Shown here one piece after another: positions 8,788 to 18,128 of a DNA stretch of 64,000 bases; the first letter of the stretch is position 1, and every line of letters starts with the position of its first letter. Under the pieces are notes generated by a model. The model made no database searches, was not told where the DNA came from, and saw nothing but the letters and a program-made list of their open reading frames with translations. A program made the position numbers and the translations under genes. The DNA comes from an uncultured Bacteroidia bacterium (GTDB taxonomy: Bacteria; Bacteroidota; Bacteroidia; Bacteroidales; UBA932). Location: NCBI GenBank assembly GCA_902762655.1, contig CACWOZ010000002.1, positions 94,743 to 158,742 of the forward strand, read 5' to 3'.

Positions 8788-11700
8788 TTAAAAGGTTATG
8801 TCCACTCCGAGAGAGAAGGTCTTGGAATAAGGATACATACAGTCGTGGAACGCTCCGTTGGTTGCAATCTCCGGATCTATCGTCCTTGTATGTTTCTTCA
8901 TAGGCGACCAGTAGGCAAGGTTTTCGCCGGAGAAATAGACACGGCACTTCTGGATGGCCTTGCTCTTGATTGGCAGGGCGTATCCGATGGTTAGGTTCTT
9001 AAGCCTTAGATATGCTGCGTTCTGCATGTAGCGGTCGTTGGCATTTCCACTCTTGAGGGACCGGGTGGCGTAGTTGAGGCGCCTGCGCGGGAAATATGCG
9101 TTAGGATTATTCTCGCTCCAGCATAGGGCTTCGAAGTCCTTGGGGATGAACGAGGGGCGCCCGTTGCGGTAGGTTGCCCAGAAATAGTCGCAGTCGGCAT
9201 GGGGATACCAGTCGCACTGGCCGACTCCCTGTAGGAAGATGTTGAAGTCGAAGCCCATCCATTGGGCGTCGGCACGCACCGAGTACAAGTATCTGGGTAG
9301 TTTGTTGCCCATGATGTAACGGTCGCCCGGGTCGTCAACGGTATTACTGCCGGAGTTGATGACCCCGTCGTCGTTGAGATCAGCGAAGATGACATCGCCC
9401 GCCATCAGTTTGTCATAAGGAGACACGCAGCCATATACTGTTCCGTTGATGGATGTGTCGTCGATGTTGGCGGCATAGATGTCGGCATCCTCGTCGGAAG
9501 CGAAGAGTCCTTCGATATGGTAGCCCCACATCTCGCCGAGGGTCATGCCTTCATAGTAGTCGGTGAGAAGTTTGGTGGGGTTGTTGTAACGGGTGATGAC
9601 GGTTTTGTAGTCGCCTAACGATGCGGTGATGCCATAACTAAATTTGCGTCCCATCAGATTTGCTTTGTCGCGCCAGCTAACCGATATCTCATAACCTTTG
9701 GTACGCATGTCGGCTGCGTTCTCCTTTGGAGAAGCGGCACCATAGACGCTGGGCAGGGTGATGGATGTGGTGAGCATGTTCTTGGTATCGCGGATATAGG
9801 CGTCAGCCGAGATGTTGAGCCTGTCCCTCAGGAAGCCGAGGTCCAGCCCGACATTGTAGGAGATTACCGTCTCCCAGGTGAGTGAGTCGGACACCGGATT
9901 TGAGATGCCGGCATAACCTGCCTTCTCGTTTCCGTCAAAGGTCACGTTGCCCATGGTGCCGGTTGTTATCTTGGTGAAATAGTAGTAGTTTTCGACCTGC
10001 TGGTTGCCGAGAGAACCGTAGGAGAGACGGAGTTTGGCCTTGTTCCACCAGCTTTCCAGAGGCTGCCAAAAGGGCTCTTCACTGATGCGCCAGCCTGCGG
10101 AAACCGAAGGGAAGAAGCCCCAGCGGTCCTTGGCAGGGAAGCGGGAGGAACCGTCATAACGGGCCGAAATCTCAAGCAGATACTTGCCTGCGTAATCGTA
10201 GTTCACGCGCCCGAAAATGCCCAATGTGCGGTATGAGGTATTGGATTCGCTCAAGGCATTGACATCTCCTGCTGCCATGTTGATGTAGGAGAGCGTTTCA
10301 CTGAGCGATCCATTCTGCTTCACCTTGAGAGAGGATTGACGGTAGTCGTCATAGTTGACGCCTATGGTGCCTCCCAGGTTGTGCTTTCCTAAACTGCCCT
10401 TGTACTGAAGGTATGCGTTGGCTACGCTTCCGTCATTGAAAGCGCGGGTTTCCTGGTAGAAGTCATAGATGGCACCGCTTGTGTAGCCGGGATAATCGTA
10501 GTATTTTTTGTTGACGTTGTCGTATGCATTCGACACAGGCAGGCTGCGGTAGCTGTAAAAATTGTCCCTGCGCCTGTAACTGTAGTCTGCGATGAACTGC
10601 AGGCCTTTCGCCAGGTCGAAGGTGAAACGCTGGGTGAGTACCATCACTCCGCGGGTGCGCTGGTGGTGGTTACGTGCATCCATCCATGTGGGAATGCGTC
10701 CGGTTCCCAACTGCGATACGTTCAACGCCATGAAACCGGGCTGTACGTTGATGCTGCCGTCTGGATTGAATGGTACGTATGCCGGCGAGATGTTCTGGTT
10801 GGCGTTGTAGAAAGCGCTGTGGCCGCTCAGAACCACTTCGTCGGTTCCGTCCTGCTCATAGAATCCACCGTAGGTGTAAAGGCTGCGCTCGTAACTGATG
10901 TTTGTGGAGGAACGCAGCCAGGGGGTTACCTTAGCGTCAATTTTTGATCGCACGTCAATACCGTTCCATATATCCTCCGCTCCGGCATTGAAAACACCCT
11001 CCCTGTAGAGGTATCGGGCCGAGGTATAGTACTGCACCTTTTCGTTGCCTCCGGAGATGGTTACATTATGCTCAGTCTCGGGCCTGACCCTCTTGAAGAG
11101 GTAGCCGTACCAGTCGAAGTTGCCGAGATACACGTAGGTATAGAGTCCGGATTCATCGGGAATGATCCATGGACGTTCAGGATTCTCGGTCTTGTCGTTA
11201 CGGCGGTCCTTCATCATCTGCATCTGCTCGTCGGTAAACGTCCAGGCGTTTATGCCGCGGTAGTAGTTGTAGAACTCATTGGTCAGCGTCGTGTAATCGT
11301 ATGACGTTGTTATGAAGTCGGTGGCGGTGGTGTTGGTAGAGACGCCGCCGCGGCCGTTATAGGTGATCCTCGTTACACCCTCGGAGCCGCTTCTGGTGGT
11401 GATGAGAACCACGCCGGCAGAAGCCTTTGCACCATAGACGGCACAGGCTGAAGCGTCCTTGAGGATGGATACCGATTCGATATCGTTTGGATTGACATTC
11501 TCCAGGTTGCCCTCGATGCCGTCGACCAGCACCAGGGGAGATCCTGAGTTGAGGGAAACTGCGCCACGGATGTTCATGGTGTAGTTGCGTCCTTCGATGG
11601 AACCGTTGCCCATAGTCAGGAGTAACCCCGGATCGGCACCTTGGAGTGCGATGGCAGTGTTGGTAACGGGACGGTTGTTCAGGTCTTTACCGTCAACCAC

Positions 11701-12333
11701 GGCCACTGCTCCGGTAACATTTACCCGGCGCTGTGTGCCGTAGCCCACGACGACCACGTCATCAAGTACGTTTTGGTCTTCTAGAAGGGTGATTACGATG
11801 TCTTTCTCGCTTCCGCTAAAGGTTAATTTTCTGTCTAAAAGGCCGATGAAGGATACCGTGACATTTGCAGGGAACCTTATTCCGGACAAGGAAAAACGTC
11901 CGTCCGGCCCTGCGAGAACGCCATTAGCAGTGCCGTCAACCAGGATGCTGGCTCCCGGAAGCGGCGCCCCGTCGGAATCGACTATCCGCCCGGTCACGCC
12001 TAAGGGGCCGTTGGTAGCAGTCGGTTTGACCTGTGTACCCTTGTTGGAGAGGTAAACATTCACTCCGGAAACAGTCCAATTGATGTCGGTTCCGGCAAAC
12101 AGAACACGAAGGACTTCTTCGATGCCGGCATTCCGCACATCGATGTCCTTTTTCATTGTCAGATCGGTTCCGGATGTGACGAAGATGAAACCACTCTGGG
12201 CTTCAACTGCATCAAGTATTTCCGAAACCGTCGCCCCTTTCCGGGACAAGGTAATGCCACTTTGGCCGGATGGAGCCGCGAACGACTGCATGCAACCAAG
12301 CAGGATCAGGAAAACTAACAGTTTGCTTCTCAT
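8788..12333 (-). CDS. susC: SusC/RagA TonB-dependent transporter with N-terminal signalling (STN) extension
   Basis: STN-like start (ITLSRKGATVSEILDAVEAQSGFIF), VVVVGYGTQ, PNDIESVSILKDASACAVYGAKASAGVVLITT, RYDGSSRF, YLRLKNLTIGY, terminal Phe. Confidence 0.95.
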   Translation of the reverse strand: MRSKLLVFLILLGCMQSFAAPSGQSGITLSRKGATVSEILDAVEAQSGFIFVTSGTDLTMKKDIDVRNAGIEEVLRVLFAGTDINWTVSGVNVYLSNKGTQVKPTATNGPLGVTGRIVDSDGAPLPGASILVDGTANGVLAGPDGRFSLSGIRFPANVTVSFIGLLDRKLTFSGSEKDIVITLLEDQNVLDDVVVVGYGTQRRVNVTGAVAVVDGKDLNNRPVTNTAIALQGADPGLLLTMGNGSIEGRNYTMNIRGAVSLNSGSPLVLVDGIEGNLENVNPNDIESVSILKDASACAVYGAKASAGVVLITTRSGSEGVTRITYNGRGGVSTNTTATDFITTSYDYTTLTNEFYNYYRGINAWTFTDEQMQMMKDRRNDKTENPERPWIIPDESGLYTYVYLGNFDWYGYLFKRVRPETEHNVTISGGNEKVQYYTSARYLYREGVFNAGAEDIWNGIDVRSKIDAKVTPWLRSSTNISYERSLYTYGGFYEQDGTDEVVLSGHSAFYNANQNISPAYVPFNPDGSINVQPGFMALNVSQLGTGRIPTWMDARNHHQRTRGVMVLTQRFTFDLAKGLQFIADYSYRRRDNFYSYRSLPVSNAYDNVNKKYYDYPGYTSGAIYDFYQETRAFNDGSVANAYLQYKGSLGKHNLGGTIGVNYDDYRQSSLKVKQNGSLSETLSYINMAAGDVNALSESNTSYRTLGIFGRVNYDYAGKYLLEISARYDGSSRFPAKDRWGFFPSVSAGWRISEEPFWQPLESWWNKAKLRLSYGSLGNQQVENYYYFTKITTGTMGNVTFDGNEKAGYAGISNPVSDSLTWETVISYNVGLDLGFLRDRLNISADAYIRDTKNMLTTSITLPSVYGAASPKENAADMRTKGYEISVSWRDKANLMGRKFSYGITASLGDYKTVITRYNNPTKLLTDYYEGMTLGEMWGYHIEGLFASDEDADIYAANIDDTSINGTVYGCVSPYDKLMAGDVIFADLNDDGVINSGSNTVDDPGDRYIMGNKLPRYLYSVRADAQWMGFDFNIFLQGVGQCDWYPHADCDYFWATYRNGRPSFIPKDFEALCWSENNPNAYFPRRRLNYATRSLKSGNANDRYMQNAAYLRLKNLTIGYALPIKSKAIQKCRVYFSGENLAYWSPMKKHTRTIDPEIATNGAFHDCMYPYSKTFSLGVDITF

Positions 12334-12334
12334 C

Positions 12335-13288
12335 TCAATAAATGATTATTGTATCAGTGTTATAGTCGTGTTTGTATTTGAAATCTGCGGCGAGTCCTAC
12401 CACATCCAATGCGTGGTCGATGCCGTCTATGACCCTGACGCGGCCTCGCGAGATATTATACTTGGGAAGTTTGTCAAGACGAAGGACAATGGTGGTGCCG
12501 AACGCCTTTCCGAGCCTGTCCATCAGAATTTCGAAATCGCTTCCCGCTATATTTACAAGCCCTTCTGTCCAGTCTGTCGTTGCGTCATCCGCCGGGATGC
12601 TGCCAAGATGGAAGACCCCATTGCCGTCCAGGCTCAGCCTCTGTCCGCTTCTGAGTCGGATTTCCCTGCTGTCGCCGTATTTGGGCAGAACCCCAACGCT
12701 CCCTCGGAACAGGGTCGTCGTAAAGATCCCCTTGTCCGGGTCGCTTTCCACATCGAAGCGTGTTCCATAAACCTGCACGTCGGCAGAGGCTGTTTCGACA
12801 ATGAAAGGGCGTTTTCCGTCTTTGCTGACTTCCAGCATCAATTCGCCCTTCAGCAGGGTGAGTCTGCGGCTTTTGCGGCCGAACAGCTTCGGATAGCTGA
12901 TTTCAGTGCCGGAGTTGAGCCAGACATGAGTGTCATCTTCAAGGGTAATCTCCATAGTGCGTCCGACAGGCACACTCACATTCTCGCAAAGGCTCTCCAC
13001 CTTGTGGATTGCCGTGGTCTTGCCGACGTGGGCGGAAAGGAGCACTATGGCGATTGCAGCGACCGCACCAAGCGATAGGGTAAGTGCCCTCTTCCAATAG
13101 AAAGGATTGGCATGGAGTCCTGTAGCAGGTCGCGGCTGCATCAGAAGTGCATCATAAATGGTATGGGCATCCCTGTAAAGAGCAGCGTGAGACCCGTCCG
13201 GGTCATTGCTCAGCCATTGTTTTAACTCCGCATCCTCCATTGCCGTATAGTCTCCGTCAAGGTAGCGGATGAGTTTGTATAAATCCAT
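12335..13288 (-). CDS. fecR: FecR family anti-sigma factor
   Basis: N-terminal helix (EDAELKQWL), one transmembrane segment, ITLEDDTHVWLNSGTEISYP, VQVYGTRFDV; lies between an ECF sigma and an STN-SusC. Confidence 0.92.
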   Translation of the reverse strand: MDLYKLIRYLDGDYTAMEDAELKQWLSNDPDGSHAALYRDAHTIYDALLMQPRPATGLHANPFYWKRALTLSLGAVAAIAIVLLSAHVGKTTAIHKVESLCENVSVPVGRTMEITLEDDTHVWLNSGTEISYPKLFGRKSRRLTLLKGELMLEVSKDGKRPFIVETASADVQVYGTRFDVESDPDKGIFTTTLFRGSVGVLPKYGDSREIRLRSGQRLSLDGNGVFHLGSIPADDATTDWTEGLVNIAGSDFEILMDRLGKAFGTTIVLRLDKLPKYNISRGRVRVIDGIDHALDVVGLAADFKYKHDYNTDTIIIY

Positions 13289-13351
13289 GGAAATGGTTAT
13301 TGCTTTTATAAAAAAACACTTGAACGCAAAAGAACGCCCCCGAAAAATTAA

Positions 13352-13359
13352 TATATTTG
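13352..13359 (+). promoter_or_regulatory. Bacteroidetes -7 promoter element (TATATTTG) for the ECF sigma gene
   Basis: Matches TAnnTTTG, 7 nt before the ATG at 13367. Confidence 0.6.
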
Positions 13360-13366
13360 CACTGTC

Positions 13367-13951
13367 ATGCCCAAAATCAGTTCATCGGAGTTTTCCCGGC
13401 TGTTTTCCGAAAACAAGGACCGTCTCGTTGCCCTTGCCAATTCTTATGTGCATGACACTCATGTGGCTGAGGATATAGTCGCTGACGCCTTTACAAAATT
13501 CTGGGACCGGAGAGGGTCCGCCGACGCTTTTGGTGGTTTCCCTGTTTCGATTGGTTCTGCAGCTCTGCCCCTGCATAAGATGCACGTATTACAATCGGTG
13601 GCTGAGCCGCAAATGTATCTCTACTCTATGGTACGGAACCGCTGCCTGAATTACCTGCGCGACCACGCTACCCATCAGAGGATACTTGATGAAAGGCTCA
13701 GGATCGATATCGAAACTTTGGAGAATGAAGTATCCGAGACGATGGTGGGCAAGGAAATGGAAAGGGAACTCTCCCGCTATCTGGACAGCCTGCCTCGCGC
13801 GCGTCGTGAGATATTCTGCGCAAGCCGTTTTGACGGACTGAGTCACAATGAGATAGCTGCAAAATATGGCTATTCTGCCCGGAAAATCCGCCGTGAAATC
13901 GGACGGGTACTCGAGGAACTACGTGAAATCCTTTCAGCCTGGAGTCAATAA
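13367..13951 (+). CDS. ECF-type RNA polymerase sigma-70 factor
   Basis: AEDIVADAF, YLYSMVRNRCLNYLR, LPRARREIF...GLSHNEIA; divergent from fecR. Confidence 0.92.
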   Translation: MPKISSSEFSRLFSENKDRLVALANSYVHDTHVAEDIVADAFTKFWDRRGSADAFGGFPVSIGSAALPLHKMHVLQSVAEPQMYLYSMVRNRCLNYLRDHATHQRILDERLRIDIETLENEVSETMVGKEMERELSRYLDSLPRARREIFCASRFDGLSHNEIAAKYGYSARKIRREIGRVLEELREILSAWSQ

Positions 13952-14018
13952 ACTGTGCTCAAAACACTTTTTTTGTTTTTAATATCGGGCAAAATACGAA
14001 ATATTGATTTCATTCTAT

Positions 14019-14056
14019 TTTCGTTTTTTCAAATATGAAAATATTTACTATCTTTG
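14019..14056 (+). promoter_or_regulatory. Promoter (-7 TATCTTTG at 14049-14056) with candidate operator tttcgttttTTTCA-AATA-TGAAA
   Basis: The 22-mer 14019-14040 matches 48579-48600 at 21 of 22 positions; its core is identical to the reverse complement of 45312-45325. Confidence 0.65.
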
Positions 14057-14156
14057 CAAGGATGACTAATTGACGAATGACCAAATAACTTTGATTTTTG
14101 CCCAATGAGTCTTTCGAATTATAAATCTATGATTTATTTTTCTAAATTGCCGTCAA

Positions 14157-15110
14157 ATGAAACGAAGAGATTTTCTTAAAGTGGCCGGCGGCTCTGTAGC
14201 AGGGCTTGCCTTCGGCGCCTCTCTCCTTAATTCTTGTTCCAAGGGGGGAGGGAACGAGAATGATCCAAAAATACCTGTAGAGAAGCCTACAGGACACTTT
14301 TCTCTTTGGCAGTTGACTTCCGCATCCGATACAATCGGCAACTCTTATGTCCTCAAGACTGCAGGCGGTCATCTTATTCTGATAGACGGCGGTATGGAGA
14401 AAAACGGCGATGCCCAGAAACTTAGAAATTATATCAAAGCTCAGGGCAACAACAAAGTTGACGCATGGTGGTTTTCCCATCCTCACGGCGACCATATCGG
14501 CGCCTTCCTGAACATCGCCGACGATCTTCAGGGCATCACCATTGACACCATCTATTATTCCCGCCTCGCAGATTCCATCACGGAAGGCCGTGCGCTTACC
14601 GACCGTTTTAATAAGAAAGTTGATGAAATGTCCGCAGCAGGCGTGAACGTCGTAAACCTCACGCTTGGCGCCCGCTACGATATGGACGGTATTTTCATCA
14701 AGGTGCTGGGCATAGCAAACCCTGAATTTACCACAGCAAGTGCGGGCACCAGCGTAGTGAATGAGCAGTCCGTCATCGTCCGCTTCGAAGACGATAGCAA
14801 GTCTGTGGTATTCACGGGCGATGCCAGCGAGCAGGCGGGCACCAAGTGCATTACAAAGTATTCCAAATATCTCAATTGCGATTACATGCAGATGGCTCAC
14901 CACGGCCAACGCGGGGTGCGTGAGTCCTTCTACAAGAACATCGACTTCAAGCATTGCCTGTGGCCGACTCCAAAATGGCTTTGGGAGGCCGAGGAGGGCA
15001 ACGCCAACAACTACATGACATGGGCTACCCGTAAATGGATGGACGAGAAGGGGATTCCTGCCGAGAACCACCATGTTGCGTGGCGTGACATCGACTGGCA
15101 CCTGGCCTGA
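14157..15110 (+). CDS. ComEC/Pce-like MBL-fold metallo-hydrolase, predicted Tat lipoprotein
   Basis: MKRRDFLK twin-arginine motif plus LNSC lipobox; LILIDGG, SHPHGDH, FTGD, QMAHHG. Confidence 0.85.
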   Translation: MKRRDFLKVAGGSVAGLAFGASLLNSCSKGGGNENDPKIPVEKPTGHFSLWQLTSASDTIGNSYVLKTAGGHLILIDGGMEKNGDAQKLRNYIKAQGNNKVDAWWFSHPHGDHIGAFLNIADDLQGITIDTIYYSRLADSITEGRALTDRFNKKVDEMSAAGVNVVNLTLGARYDMDGIFIKVLGIANPEFTTASAGTSVVNEQSVIVRFEDDSKSVVFTGDASEQAGTKCITKYSKYLNCDYMQMAHHGQRGVRESFYKNIDFKHCLWPTPKWLWEAEEGNANNYMTWATRKWMDEKGIPAENHHVAWRDIDWHLA

Positions 15111-15176
15111 CCTTATGCCGGACCGTGTCGATTTCCAACTGCATATTAATATAATTCATAATTAACTATCTAACCA

Positions 15177-18116
15177 ATGCGCAAATTGCTCAGATTTACT
15201 GTTGCCTGCATCGTACTGTTGTGTGCTGCCGGCAACCTCAGTGCCCAATCAGGTGCCAAACTGGCAATCCGGGGTGTCGTGGTCGACACACAGGAGCCGC
15301 CGCAGCCTGTAATCGGGGCTACCGTGTACATCAAGGGCACCCAGACAGGTGTGGTCGCCGATGTTGCCGGTTCGTTCTCGATCGATGCAAGGAAGGGAGA
15401 CATCCTTGTGTTCTCCTGCATCGGATACAAGGATGTGGAGTATACGGTCACACGTTCTATCGGAGACCTTTCTATCGCTCTGTCCGACGATGTCAACGTG
15501 CTGGAACAGGCAGTCGTTACCGGTATGACCAGCCAGCAGCGCAAGCACATCGCTTCTGCCGTAGGCGTAATCGACAATACCAAGTTCTCCAACAAGCCGG
15601 TAACACAGATGTCCCAGGCCCTCCAGGGAGGTACTACCGGTATCCTTGTACAGCAAGCTTCCGGAGCCCCCGGTTCTGATAATTCCACTATCAAAATCCG
15701 TGGTATGGCATCTCTTGTAGGTATCAATCCTCTGGTGCTTGTCGATGGATTCGAGTTCGACATGAACAAGCTCGACCCATCGACTGTAGAGTCTGTTACC
15801 ATCCTGAAGGATGCTGCGGCTGCTTCCATCTACGGAGCAAAGGCAGGAGGTGGCGTAATCCTCATCACCACCCGTCGCGGTGTTGCAGGTGCAGTCAAGG
15901 TGAATTATAACGGATATGCAGGCGTTCAGACACCTCTTTATATTCCCGAAATGGCAGATTCCTGGGAGTATATGCAGTATGTGAATCAGGTCAACTTGAA
16001 CACCGGAAGTGCTCCAACATATTCCGACGACGAAATCGCCTCGGCACGTGCTCAGGATGATCCCATCAGTTATCCCAACACAAAGTGGGCGGACCTCCTC
16101 CTTACAAAGACGGCCCCCATTACTGAGCACAATGTGTCGGTTTCCGGTGGTAACTCCATCGGACGTTTCGCACTCTCGGCCCAGTATCTGAAACAGGACG
16201 GTATCTACAAGTTGCAGAAAGACAGTTTCGACCGCTTCACCGTACGCGCGAATACCTCCGTCAATCTCACCGACAATATCCTTGTCTTTGTCGACACTTT
16301 TGTCGGACGCGATACCCAGGTGACCCCCAACAGCAACATCTACAGCATGATTTATTCAATGCCTTCCAACATTGTTGCGAAATATCCCCGCAAAGAAGGT
16401 TTCGACACCGATTATTACGGCTATTACATCGCATCCTACATGAATGCGTATGCCCAGGCGGAGCGTGGCCAGGTTGATACACACATCAGGGACTACGTCA
16501 CCATCAACGCCCGTCCCCAGTGGAATATAATGCCGGGACTTACTCTTAAAGGCCAGGTGGGTTATCGTCTTTCCACCGGTATGGACAAGACTAACCGCGA
16601 TCCGTATGTATTCTTCAATTACTTCACCGGTGACGAGGTCGTCTCTTTCTCTATGGTGAAGGGAGCGACCTACACCACACGTGCGAATTACTGGTCTGCA
16701 AGCGCCAACCTCGACTGGGTGAAGGAGATAGGCGGGCACCGTATCAATCTCCTCGGCGGATGGCAGTCTGAGCTCAACGCTACTTCGGGCTGGGACAGGA
16801 TCTCGCTCGTTTCCTGGTACGGCAAGGCCTACTACTCCTATAAAGACAAGTATCTGTTTGAGACTGGCATCCGTGCTGACGGTTCTTCCCTGTTTACAGG
16901 CAAGTATAAGTGGGGTTACTTCCCTTCTGTCGCCGCCGGATGGAACATCAATAAGGAGGAATTCCTGAAGGATGTCCGCTGGATGAGCAGCTGGAAAGCC
17001 CGTGTATCCTTCGGTATGCTTGGCAACAATAACGTGAGCCCTTACTCCTATCAGTCCCTTATCAATTCATCGGGTACCGAAACCAAGAACGGCAATCCCG
17101 ACCTCAAGTGGGAAACCGTGAAGATTTTCGATGCCGGCATGGATCTGAGCCTTTTCGACTATACGCTCGACATCAATCTCGACTATTATCACAAGATTAC
17201 CGACGACCTTATCATGAGTCTGCCGTCCACACTCAGCTCCGGTTTGCTTAACACTCCGGCCAATGTGGGCAAGGCGCAGTCACGGGGTTTCGAAATAGGA
17301 CTCTCATATAATAAGGACTTCAACAAGGACACACACTTGACAATCGGCGGCGGTTTCTCCTACAACCGCAATAAGTGGCTGTACATCCCCGGAGGGGAAT
17401 TCATTACCGGCAATACCATCTGCCGCCAGGGACATGCCATCCGTGCGAATTACTTTTATGTGGCTGACGGTCTGCTCACCCAGCAGGACCTTGACAACTA
17501 CGTAGCAATCGTAGGCGGATATCCGGACAACGGAGTCACTACCCAGCAGGCGGGTGATATCAAATACAAGGATATCAACGGAGACGGTATCATCGATACC
17601 AACGACCGTACCGCTGTCGGCGATCAGGACCCGCACACTATGTTCTACGGCAACCTGACCTTCCGCTGGCGTAACTTCGACTTCGATACCCAGCTCACCG
17701 GACAAGGAAACTCCAACGGTTTCTATTACGGTCAGTTCATCCAGCCTCTCAACAGTACCAATAATGGTGCTGTACAGCGCTGGCAGCTTGATTATTGGAC
17801 ACCGGAGAATCCGAATGCCAGCCGTCCGAGGCCTACGACCGCTGGTACTTCCAACGAATATCTCTCTACCTATTGGATGTTCAACCGTGCATTCCTTCGC
17901 GTGAAATACATCCAGCTTGGTTACAGTTTCCCAAAACTCGCCTCGCACATAAAGGCCTCCAACCTCCGCATTTATGCCAATGTGCAGAATGCGCTGACTT
18001 TCGCTTACCTGACGGAATCCGATCCTGAGACCTGTGCCTCCAACAATGGCGGTGCGGTAACCAGCAAGTACCCTCTCATGCGTACCTGGACCGTAGGCGT
18101 GAACTTAAGTTTCTAA
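15177..18116 (+). CDS. susC: SusC/RagA TonB-dependent transporter
   Basis: NPLVLVDG, SVTILKDAAAASIYGAKAGGGVILITT, RADGSS, LKWET, FLRVKYIQLGY, terminal Phe. Confidence 0.95.
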   Translation: MRKLLRFTVACIVLLCAAGNLSAQSGAKLAIRGVVVDTQEPPQPVIGATVYIKGTQTGVVADVAGSFSIDARKGDILVFSCIGYKDVEYTVTRSIGDLSIALSDDVNVLEQAVVTGMTSQQRKHIASAVGVIDNTKFSNKPVTQMSQALQGGTTGILVQQASGAPGSDNSTIKIRGMASLVGINPLVLVDGFEFDMNKLDPSTVESVTILKDAAAASIYGAKAGGGVILITTRRGVAGAVKVNYNGYAGVQTPLYIPEMADSWEYMQYVNQVNLNTGSAPTYSDDEIASARAQDDPISYPNTKWADLLLTKTAPITEHNVSVSGGNSIGRFALSAQYLKQDGIYKLQKDSFDRFTVRANTSVNLTDNILVFVDTFVGRDTQVTPNSNIYSMIYSMPSNIVAKYPRKEGFDTDYYGYYIASYMNAYAQAERGQVDTHIRDYVTINARPQWNIMPGLTLKGQVGYRLSTGMDKTNRDPYVFFNYFTGDEVVSFSMVKGATYTTRANYWSASANLDWVKEIGGHRINLLGGWQSELNATSGWDRISLVSWYGKAYYSYKDKYLFETGIRADGSSLFTGKYKWGYFPSVAAGWNINKEEFLKDVRWMSSWKARVSFGMLGNNNVSPYSYQSLINSSGTETKNGNPDLKWETVKIFDAGMDLSLFDYTLDINLDYYHKITDDLIMSLPSTLSSGLLNTPANVGKAQSRGFEIGLSYNKDFNKDTHLTIGGGFSYNRNKWLYIPGGEFITGNTICRQGHAIRANYFYVADGLLTQQDLDNYVAIVGGYPDNGVTTQQAGDIKYKDINGDGIIDTNDRTAVGDQDPHTMFYGNLTFRWRNFDFDTQLTGQGNSNGFYYGQFIQPLNSTNNGAVQRWQLDYWTPENPNASRPRPTTAGTSNEYLSTYWMFNRAFLRVKYIQLGYSFPKLASHIKASNLRIYANVQNALTFAYLTESDPETCASNNGGAVTSKYPLMRTWTVGVNLSF

Positions 18117-18128
18117 ATTTGTACAGCG

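Noticed and set aside
14157-15110. Antibiotic-resistance metallo-beta-lactamase or competence ComEC
   Set aside because: Motifs (SHPHxDH...GD...HHG) fit the ComEC/Pce-type hydrolase subgroup, there is no membrane competence domain, and the context is a SusCD operon.
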